Positions 56,388-64,000 of a stretch of DNA of 64,000 bases are shown here, piece after piece. This DNA comes from an uncultured Verrucomicrobiae bacterium (GTDB lineage: Bacteria; Verrucomicrobiota; Verrucomicrobiia; Opitutales; JABDGR01). The position numbers and the translations under genes were made by a program. Numbering within the stretch: position 1 is the stretch's first letter; every line of letters begins with the position of its first letter. Where the stretch lies: contig CAVXVB010000009.1 of the NCBI GenBank assembly GCA_963765205.1, positions 530,590 through 594,589 on the forward strand, given 5' to 3'. The notes under the pieces are model-generated. The model was given only the letters and a program-made list of their open reading frames with translations, was not told the origin of the DNA and did no database searches.

Positions 56388-58253
56388 ATGCGATTTTTCT
56401 GGAAAACTGTTTTGGCCAATTTCGTGGCCATTCTCCTCACGTTGCTGGTGCTGGCCATGATCTGCGTCGTGGCCTTTATCATCGTTATCCGGGTGATGGC
56501 GGGCGCGGCCGCTGGCTTGCACAACCAGGCCGTCCATTCGGACTCCGTGCTCGTTTTCGACATGAACGTGGCCATCACCGATGCGCCCAACCATGCCAGC
56601 GCTGGCGACCTGCTCTCCACCAACGGTTCCTCGCGACTGGATCTTTACGATGTGGTCACGGCGATTGACCACGCCGCGGGTGACGACCACATCACCGCCC
56701 TTTATATGAGCGGCAGCCTCAACACCGACAACTCTGCCTCGGGCTACGCCACCCTGATGGAGGTGCGCCAGGCGCTCGAGCGCTTCAAGGCCAGTGGGAA
56801 AAAGATCTATGCTTATCTCGAACAGCCCGCGCTCAAGGATTACTACCTGGCCACCGTGGCCAATGAAGTTTCCCTCAACCCCTTCGGCTACCTCAGCATC
56901 AACGGCCTCGCCGCCCAGTCCTTCTTCCTGCGCGACGCTCTGCAAAAATATGGCATCGGCGTCCAGGTCACGAAAGTGGGCAAATACAAATCCTTCACCG
57001 AAATGTTCACCGAGACGCACATGAGCGACGCCGACCGCGAGCAGCTCACCCAACTGCTCAACGGCATTTGGGGCACCGTGTCCGGCGAAATCGCCGCCAA
57101 CCGCAAAATTGACCCCGCCGCGTTCCAAACACTCGCCAACGAGCCGGGCCTTTACATCGCGCAGGACGCCTTGAAGGACAAACTGGTGGACCGTTTGGCA
57201 TATCAGGACGAAATGATCAAGGAAATGGAAGGCGTCGGCGCCTACGACGACGACAACGACACGTTCTACCAGGTCTCGCTCGCCGCCTATGCCAAGCGCC
57301 TTGCCGACAATCGTGCGGCCGCCGCCAAAAGCCCCTTCGCCGACAGCGATAAAATCGCCATCGTCTATGCCGAGGGCGACATTGTGGACGGCGCCGGCTC
57401 CGACGGCGAAGTCGGCGGCGACCAGTTCGCCTACGACTTGCGCTCGATTCGCGGCGACAAGGACGTGAAGGCCGTCGTGCTGCGCGTCAACAGCCCGGGC
57501 GGCAGCGCCTACGCCAGCGAGGTCATCCAGCGCGAGATGCGCAACCTGCTCGACAAGAAAATCCCGGTGGTCGTTTCCATGGGCACCTACGCCGCTAGCG
57601 GCGGTTACTGGATTTCCGCCTACAGTGATTATATTTACGCCGAGCCGACCACCGTCACCGGCTCCATCGGCGTCTTCGGCCTCAAGCTCAATTTGCAGGA
57701 CATCGCCACCCAGCACGGCATTGATTTCGACACCGTCAAAACCTCGCCGTATTCCGACATGGACACCCTCACGCGCCCCTGGACGCCCGACGAGCAGAAG
57801 CTCGCGCAGACTTTGGTGGATGATTTGTATGACCAGTTCATCTCCAAGGTCTCCGAAGGGCGGAAGCTCAAGTATGACGACGTGGCGCAAATCGCCCAGG
57901 GCCGTGTCTGGAGCGGCCTCGACGCCAAGAACAACGGCCTCGTCAACGCCATCGGCGGCCTCGGCGACGCCATCAAAAAGGCCGAGCAGCTCGGCCACCT
58001 CAGCAGCGGCCATTACACGCTCGAAGAATTTCCCGAGGCGCGCACGCCGATTGAGGCGCTCGTCCAAACCCTGTCCAACGACGATAATTCGTCGCCAGTG
58101 TCAAAAGCCGGCGTCCCGGCATCGCTGGCGCCCCAGGGCCGCGACGCGCTCTCGACTTCCCTCCGCCAAATCGAAACGCAGTTGAATCTCGTCCGCACCT
58201 TCAACGACCCCAGCGGCCTCTATGCGCGGCTGCCGTATTTCTTGCAGTTTTAG
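56388..58253 (+). CDS. sppA: signal peptide peptidase SppA, 67K type
   Basis: Two S49 repeats: VVLRVNSPGGSAYASE and MGTYAASGGYWIS..TGSIGVFG. N-terminal TM present. Confidence 0.9.
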   Translation: MRFFWKTVLANFVAILLTLLVLAMICVVAFIIVIRVMAGAAAGLHNQAVHSDSVLVFDMNVAITDAPNHASAGDLLSTNGSSRLDLYDVVTAIDHAAGDDHITALYMSGSLNTDNSASGYATLMEVRQALERFKASGKKIYAYLEQPALKDYYLATVANEVSLNPFGYLSINGLAAQSFFLRDALQKYGIGVQVTKVGKYKSFTEMFTETHMSDADREQLTQLLNGIWGTVSGEIAANRKIDPAAFQTLANEPGLYIAQDALKDKLVDRLAYQDEMIKEMEGVGAYDDDNDTFYQVSLAAYAKRLADNRAAAAKSPFADSDKIAIVYAEGDIVDGAGSDGEVGGDQFAYDLRSIRGDKDVKAVVLRVNSPGGSAYASEVIQREMRNLLDKKIPVVVSMGTYAASGGYWISAYSDYIYAEPTTVTGSIGVFGLKLNLQDIATQHGIDFDTVKTSPYSDMDTLTRPWTPDEQKLAQTLVDDLYDQFISKVSEGRKLKYDDVAQIAQGRVWSGLDAKNNGLVNAIGGLGDAIKKAEQLGHLSSGHYTLEEFPEARTPIEALVQTLSNDDNSSPVSKAGVPASLAPQGRDALSTSLRQIETQLNLVRTFNDPSGLYARLPYFLQF

Positions 58254-58371
58254 GTTGGGGGTGGTCGGCGGAATCCGCGGGATGCTTTGGTTGCGTTAAA
58301 GGAGAAAATACTTGTTGGCCACCGGGTTGATGCATATCACCCCATTAGGGATACCCTCAACACCCGCTCCC

Positions 58372-59538
58372 ATGCCCAAGCCCTTCTTCTCCGGCTTCCG
58401 CTCCGCTGCCTGGGTAATCTTCGTTGTGTCGGCCTATTTTTGTCTCCCGGCATTGGGCGTAACCATCTCGTCCTCCGTCGCTCCTGCCGCCGCCACTTCT
58501 GCCGCCCCTGCCCCGGTCGCGCCCGGCCCGGTCTCATCGGAGCGCTATCAGGTCAACCTGAGCCCGCCATTTAAGGTTGGGCAAAAATTCAGCCTCGCGG
58601 CCAATGTGACCAGTAAAATGCAGATGCACATGGCCATCACCTTGTTGGGCGTCCCCACTCTGGGCCCCAGCAAAAGCGAGGCGAGTTCCGTCCAACTTGA
58701 GGCGGAAGGCGAAGTCCTCGCGATTTTTCCCAATGGCAGCCCCCAAAAAATCTCATTGACGCTGAAAAGCCTGGCCGCCACCAAAGATGCCAAACCCGTT
58801 CCCCACCTCCCCACGGCCGGCGCGGTCATCGTGGCCGAGGCGCTTCCGCCAGAGGAAAAGTCCACCCGGGCGGTTGCACCCGCCACCAATCCCCCGGCCG
58901 AAAACCCGCCCGCCAGCAAAAAACCAGCGGAAACTCCCGCCTCCAAGAACAACGGGGGCAAGGACCCGCCCAGCCCTGGTCTGTTCAGTGGTCTCCAAGC
59001 GGGTTCGCCCCGCGTCGCCCTCACGATTGATGGCACGCCCGCCAGCGACGATCTGACGTCTTTGCTGAAAAACTGTCTTGGTCTGGGCGATGGAAGCCAC
59101 ACCCGCCAGGACACGTTTGGCCCGGCCGCCCCGGTGGGGGTGAACGCAACCTGGTCGGCGAACACCACCCTGGTGGTTTCCGACCTGAAAAAATCCCTGG
59201 GCGGCTCCCCGAGCGCCAAAAGCACGGTAAAATTGGACAGTATTAATGGTGCCGGCGCCGGCCAGGTGGCCACGGTCTCCGGCAATTATTCCATAGACAT
59301 GGGAAAAATCGACCCGAAGTTGATCCCCGACCTGCCCCCGGACGTGCCACTTGATTTGACTGTTTCTGTCTTGGATGAATTGTCCCTCTCCGTTCCCGCG
59401 ACCACCAGTTCTGGCACGGCTCAAACCAACTCGACCATGACCATGACGCTCGAAGCCCGCCTCACCAAATTCGGTTTTGGCATCAAGGCCACCGGCGCCG
59501 GCGAAGAGCAAAGCACCGCCACCTTCACCTTTCATTGA
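58372..59538 (+). CDS. secreted hypothetical protein
   Basis: Signal-like N-terminus and a Pro/Ala-rich middle. No motif recognised. Confidence 0.5.
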   Translation: MPKPFFSGFRSAAWVIFVVSAYFCLPALGVTISSSVAPAAATSAAPAPVAPGPVSSERYQVNLSPPFKVGQKFSLAANVTSKMQMHMAITLLGVPTLGPSKSEASSVQLEAEGEVLAIFPNGSPQKISLTLKSLAATKDAKPVPHLPTAGAVIVAEALPPEEKSTRAVAPATNPPAENPPASKKPAETPASKNNGGKDPPSPGLFSGLQAGSPRVALTIDGTPASDDLTSLLKNCLGLGDGSHTRQDTFGPAAPVGVNATWSANTTLVVSDLKKSLGGSPSAKSTVKLDSINGAGAGQVATVSGNYSIDMGKIDPKLIPDLPPDVPLDLTVSVLDELSLSVPATTSSGTAQTNSTMTMTLEARLTKFGFGIKATGAGEEQSTATFTFH

Positions 59539-59710
59539 TGGGCTAACGCGCTGTTGCGCCAGCGGAACGGTGGCTTGTGCCGCTTGAGGCAGAAATTTTT
59601 GCAGTGCGAAATAAGCACCTCCGCCGCGTTACATTTCCGTTTCCGTCGCGTTTCAGGCTTCCCAAAACGCGAATACCGCCTAAAGTGAGCGCGCTTATCT
59701 GCATTTTTCC

Positions 59711-60928
59711 ATGAGCAAAAAAAGCGTCAAAACCACGGACAACCGCGGCAAGGTCGTCATCATCGGCGCGGGCGGCGTCGGGGGGGTGGTCGCGCACAAA
59801 TGCGCGCAGGCTGCCGAGCATTTCCCGGACATGGTCCTCGCCTCGCGCACGCTCGCCAAGTGCCAGGCCATCGCCGCGCAACTGCCGCGCCCCATCCGCA
59901 CCGCCGCGCTGGACGCCGACGACGTGCCGGCGCTCACCCAATTCCTGAAAAAGGAAAAGCCCTTCCTCGTCATCAATGTCGCGCTGCCCTACCAGGATTT
60001 ACCGATTATGGACGCCTGCCTGGCCGCGGGCGTGCATTACCTCGACACCGCCAATTACGAGCCGCCCGACGTCGCCAAATTCGAATACAAATGGCAATGG
60101 GCCTACCAGCAGAAATTCCTCAAGGCCGGGCTGATGGCGCTGCTCGGCTCCGGCTTCGACCCGGGCGTCACGAATGTTTTTTGCGCCTACGCGCAAAAAA
60201 AACTTTTCGACCACATCGAGCAGATTGACATCCTCGACGCGAACGCCGGCGACCACGGCCTGCCCTTTGCCACCAACTTCAATCCCGAAATCAACCTGCG
60301 CGAAGTCTCCGCGCGCGGGCGTTATTTCGAGCACGGCGAATGGGTCGAGACCGAGCCGCTCTCCTGGGGGCGCACGTTCGACTTTCCTGTCCTCGGCCCG
60401 AAGAAGCTCTACCTGCTTTACCACGAGGAATTGGAATCGCTCGCCAAAAACATCTCCGGCGTCAAGCGCCTGCGCTTTTGGATGACCTTTTCGGACAACT
60501 ACCTCAACCACATGCGCGCGCTGCAAAATGTCGGAATGCTCGGCATCGCGCCCGTCGAGCACCAGGGCAAACAGATCATCCCGATTCAATTCCTGAAAAC
60601 GTTGCTGCCCGACCCGGCTTCGCTCGGCCCGCGCACAAAAGGCAAGACGAACATCGGTTGCCTGGTCGAGGGCGTGAAGAATGGGAAAAAACGCCGTGTG
60701 TATATCTATAACGTCTGCGACCACCAGGAATGTTACCGCGAGGTGCAATCGCAGGCCATCAGTTACACGACCGGCGTGCCCGCGGTGGTCGGCGCAATCA
60801 TGATGACCTCCAGCGCGTGGCTCAAACCCGGCGTGTGGAACATGGAGCAACTCGACCCCGAGCCATTCCTCGCCGAACTCGCCCGCCGCGGCCTGCCGTG
60901 GAATGTGCTGGAATTGCCGGCGGAATAA
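59711..60928 (+). CDS. carboxynorspermidine/carboxyspermidine dehydrogenase (saccharopine dehydrogenase family)
   Basis: VVIIGAGGVGGVVAHK, INVALPYQDL, DTANYEPPD..FEYKWQWAY, GSGFDPGVTNVF and FATNFNPEINLRE. Confidence 0.9.
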   Translation: MSKKSVKTTDNRGKVVIIGAGGVGGVVAHKCAQAAEHFPDMVLASRTLAKCQAIAAQLPRPIRTAALDADDVPALTQFLKKEKPFLVINVALPYQDLPIMDACLAAGVHYLDTANYEPPDVAKFEYKWQWAYQQKFLKAGLMALLGSGFDPGVTNVFCAYAQKKLFDHIEQIDILDANAGDHGLPFATNFNPEINLREVSARGRYFEHGEWVETEPLSWGRTFDFPVLGPKKLYLLYHEELESLAKNISGVKRLRFWMTFSDNYLNHMRALQNVGMLGIAPVEHQGKQIIPIQFLKTLLPDPASLGPRTKGKTNIGCLVEGVKNGKKRRVYIYNVCDHQECYREVQSQAISYTTGVPAVVGAIMMTSSAWLKPGVWNMEQLDPEPFLAELARRGLPWNVLELPAE

Positions 60929-60940
60929 TAGATGGTTTAA

Positions 60941-61010
60941 CCACAAAAAACGCAAAAGACACAAAACGGGAACAGATTGGATTCCTTTGCGTCTCTTATG
61001 TTTTTTGTGG
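60941..61010. repeat. hairpin built of A-rich units (ACAAAA / ACGCAAAAG)
   Basis: CCACAAAAAAC (60941-60951) pairs perfectly with GTTTTTTGTGG (61000-61010), and the arms extend imperfectly inward. Followed by TGAATC. Confidence 0.8.
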
Positions 61011-61057
61011 TGAATCTTATTCTTGCCAAAATCACCGCGTTGAACGAGAATTTGCCC

Positions 61058-61618
61058 ATGGCCACCGCAGTCAAAGCCTGGACGGAAGAGGAATTGCTGG
61101 CGCTCGAACACCCCGGCGCCAAATGCGAACTCATTGACGGAGAACTCATCATGAGCCCGACTGGTTACAACCACGAATATATTGGGGCGCGATTGCTCAC
61201 CAAAATGGCGATCCACGCGGAACGCCACAAGCTCGGTTCGGTCTGTGGCTCCAGCTTCGGTTGCCTGATGGAATCGGGCAATGTGCTTTCCCCCGACGTT
61301 TCCTTTATCCGCCGCGACCGCCTGCCCCGTACCGCCGAAGAGAGCAAAAGATTTTTCCGTGGTGCTCCGGACATCGTGGTCGAGGTTTTGTCGCCGTGGG
61401 ATCGCACCAGCCGCCTGCACGAAAAGATGGAGGAGTATTTCCACAGCGGCGCGCGCCTGCTCTGGGTCGTCAACCCCGAGGAGAAAACAGTGGAGGTCTG
61501 CCGCGCCCAGACCGCATCCCGCCTGCTCACTGAACGCGACACCCTCGACGGCGAGGACGTGCCCCCCTGTTTTCGCTTGCCGTTGGCGGAGTTGTTTGGT
61601 GACATCACTGGCACATGA
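61058..61618 (+). CDS. Uma2-family (DUF820) endonuclease
   Basis: ELIDGELIMSP, PDVSFI and APDIVVEVLSP..KMEEY..GARLLWVVNPE. Confidence 0.85.
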   Translation: MATAVKAWTEEELLALEHPGAKCELIDGELIMSPTGYNHEYIGARLLTKMAIHAERHKLGSVCGSSFGCLMESGNVLSPDVSFIRRDRLPRTAEESKRFFRGAPDIVVEVLSPWDRTSRLHEKMEEYFHSGARLLWVVNPEEKTVEVCRAQTASRLLTERDTLDGEDVPPCFRLPLAELFGDITGT

Positions 61619-61717
61619 TCTTGGGGTGTCGCATTAGTTGTATCCGCTGAGCGTTATTGGTAGATGCAATTTATGGTTTCACTCTCTTTTCCAAATTGAA
61701 CTATCTCCATTTAGGTT

Positions 61718-62722
61718 ATGCCTATCAACGACAGCATCGAGAATAGGACTTTTGAGGACCTGTTCAGCGGATTGGTCAACTTTGAGGTGCCATTTTTTCA
61801 AAGGAATTATTCCTGGGGCAGAGAGCAGTGGAAAACCTTGTTAGAAGATATTTGGGAGCAAATTATTGCAGATGTAATCGAGCAAATTAAATTTGAGAAT
61901 CCTAATGACCTCATCACGCGTGAGCAGCTAAGCAAGCATTTAATCGAGCATGAGCATTATTTTGGAGCGATCGTCGTTCTTGAAAAAATGAATACGCACC
62001 CTGCATTAAAATCATTTTTGATAATTGATGGTCAGCAACGAATTACAACGGCTTACCTACTATTGGCAATCGTCTCAGACCTCCTAAAAGAACAGGAGAA
62101 TTTGTCGGCAAATGCTCAATCTGTCCTACAGAAGTTGGATTCGTGTCTTCGAAACAATGTCGACCCTAAAGGCGATGATTATCGTCGTCTTAAGATAATC
62201 AGCAACAAAGGTGACCGTTTACCAACATACTTAAAGCTTAATAAGCAGAACCCGGAGTCTCCTTCGTTAGTTGTTGATAATCAACTATACACTCCGGGAA
62301 AAAACCAAATTGATGCGTTATGGGATTACGCTTATAAAAAATTGAAATCTTACAACGTCCCCCAACTTTGTGTCTTTGCAGAAGCAATCCTAAACGGCCT
62401 AAAAATTGTTTGGATACCACTGGACGAACACAAAGACAATCCACAGGCTATCTTTGAGGGCTTAAACGATAAAGGCATGCCCCTATCAGCAGTGGAATTA
62501 CTATGCAGCTACAAAAATACTTTAGGAAACCTTTGTCTTATTGGTGAACGCGCAAATAGTTCTCTTGGGAACGACCCGTTTGAGAGAAAAAGAGGGAGTT
62601 ATACGGATGTCAGCGCACTATGCCGCGATATTAAATCGAGGCACGGTACCTGGAATATTTCGGCAATTAAACAGCGCTCAGGTGATTTATCAAAGAAGGC
62701 TCTCGAAATTTGGTCATGGTGA
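61718..62722 (+). CDS. DUF262-domain protein (GmrSD/ParB-like nuclease family), apparently internally deleted
   Basis: FEVPFFQRNYSWGREQW and IIDGQQRITTAYLL (DGQQR motif). The C-terminus LGNLCLIGERANSSLGNDPFERK resembles the end of DUF1524, but no His-containing catalytic block is present. The gene is visibly AT-rich. Confidence 0.75.
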   Translation: MPINDSIENRTFEDLFSGLVNFEVPFFQRNYSWGREQWKTLLEDIWEQIIADVIEQIKFENPNDLITREQLSKHLIEHEHYFGAIVVLEKMNTHPALKSFLIIDGQQRITTAYLLLAIVSDLLKEQENLSANAQSVLQKLDSCLRNNVDPKGDDYRRLKIISNKGDRLPTYLKLNKQNPESPSLVVDNQLYTPGKNQIDALWDYAYKKLKSYNVPQLCVFAEAILNGLKIVWIPLDEHKDNPQAIFEGLNDKGMPLSAVELLCSYKNTLGNLCLIGERANSSLGNDPFERKRGSYTDVSALCRDIKSRHGTWNISAIKQRSGDLSKKALEIWSW

Positions 62723-62742
62723 GGTCTTGATGCTGCTTCATT

Positions 62743-63934
62743 ATGTCCCAAAACCCCACGCCGCCGTTTCCGCCGGAGCGCCTGCGCCAGTTGGCCGCGC
62801 TGGATTATGCGCGCCTGCCTTCGCCTTGCTATGTCGTCCACCTCGGGCGGCTCGAGGAAAATTGCTGCCTGCTCGCCGACGTGGCCAAACGTGCGGGCTG
62901 CAAAATCCTGCTCGCGCAAAAAGGGTTTGCGATGCCCGCGGCGTATCCGCTCATCGCAAAATATCTGCCTGGCACGACCTCGAGCGGCCTGCACGAGGCG
63001 CTGCTGGCGCACGAGTTTTTCCACGGCGAAGTCCATGTTTACAGCGTCGCCTACAAGGACGCCGAGCTGGAGCACCTGCTTGGGTTCGCGCACACGCTGA
63101 TTTTCAATTCGCCCGCGCAATGGCGGCGCTTCCGGGAAAAAGTCCACGCGGCCCCGCGGCGCATCGAGGCCGGCCTGCGCGTGAACCCGGAGTATTCCGA
63201 GGTCGAAACCGATTTATACAATCCCTGCGCGCCCTGCTCGCGCCTCGGCACGCCGCGTTCCGAACTTGAGCCGGGCGACCTCGCCGGTCTCGACGGCCTG
63301 CATTTTCACACCCTCTGCGAGCAGGACAGCGACGCGCTCGAACACACCGTCGCCGCCTTCGAGGAAAAATTCAGCGAGTATTTTCCAAAACTCAAATGGG
63401 TCAACTTCGGCGGCGGCCACCATATCACGCGCCCCGGTTACGACCTCGACCGCCTCGTGCGCGTCGTGCAAAATTTTCGCGCGAAATATAAATTGGAAGT
63501 CTATCTCGAACCCGGCGAGGCCGTCGCGCTGCACACCGGCGTGCTCGTCGGCACCGTGCTCGACCTGCCACGCAACACCATGCCCTTGGCGATTCTCGAC
63601 GTTTCCGCCACCGCGCACATGCCCGACGTTTTGGAAATGCCCTACCGTCCGGCCCGTCCTCAACGCCGGCGCGGCGGGCGAATTCGCGCACACCTACCGC
63701 CTCGGCGGGCCAACCTGCCTCGCGGGCGATGTTATCGGCGACTATTCCTTTCCCGCGCCACTAAAAATCGGCGACCGGGTGGTCTTTCTCGACATGGCGC
63801 ACTACACCATGGTCAAGACCTCGACCTTCAACGGCGTCCCGCTGCCCAGCATTGCCGTCTTCGATCCGACCGCTGGCGATTTCCGCATCATTGCGCGCTT
63901 CGGCTATGAGGACTACCGACGGCGGCTGGGGTGA
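62743..63934 (+). pseudogene. nspC: carboxynorspermidine decarboxylase with a +1 frame break
   Basis: PCYVV, LLAQKGF, FGGGHHI and HMPDVLEMPYRP in frame 1. Then VLNAGAAGEFAHTYRLGGPTCLAGDVIG..FNGVPLPSIAVF in the frame of ORF 63266..63934. Skipping one C of CCC 63653-63655 joins them. Confidence 0.85.
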
Positions 63935-64000
63935 ATTAGGGCCGGGTCTAGGGTAAATTCAGCGGGCCTTGCGCCGATAGGCCAGGGAGTATTTCCACTC

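Noticed and set aside
843-61444. Many long ORFs antisense to, or overlapping, the called genes. Examples: 843..1856 (+), 10032..11495 (-), 11888..13063 (-), 13283..14485 (-), 30704..31735 (-), 33605..35170 (-), 36004..37407 (-), 40321..41415 (+), 42528..44378 (-), 47334..48332 (-), 56376..58067 (-), 59999..61444 (-).
   Set aside because: They are shadows typical of high-GC DNA. Their translations are R/G/A/P-rich with no motifs, and each lies opposite a gene with clear family signatures.

Overview
High-GC (about 60-65% by eye) bacterial chromosomal segment. Gene content and repeat style suggest a PVC-group, Verrucomicrobiota-like organism; this is inference only. Most of the window is housekeeping: asd, trpE, an RpoD-family sigma factor, pyrE-tyrA-aroA, murA, aspS, kdsA, sthA, sppA, cutA, and carboxynorspermidine dehydrogenase plus decarboxylase. 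There are also glycan-degradation genes (GH29 fucosidase, SGNH acetylesterase, alpha/beta hydrolase), a family-B DNA polymerase, a flotillin, a ClC channel with a divergent MarR, a SulP transporter, and a DUF2339 membrane protein followed by a sigma-54 activator. The unusual content is as follows. (1) A recurring set of long intergenic hairpins has arms made of short tandem oligomers that differ from copy to copy. (2) A roughly 370-nt GC-rich, hairpin-dense, non-coding tract lies next to tRNA-Arg(CCG). (3) Several small accessory islets are present: three HicA/HicB-type loci, an AT-rich islet with a possible HNH/zinc-finger gene remnant, and an addiction-module remnant beside a cluster of four triloop hairpins. 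(4) A low-GC Uma2 plus truncated DUF262 block splits the norspermidine gene pair. (5) At least nine single-nucleotide frame breaks occur in otherwise conserved genes; these are either assembly errors or real decay. I found no rRNA, CRISPR array, transposase or intact integrase. All protein calls rest on motifs read by eye from the ORF translations. No database search was run.
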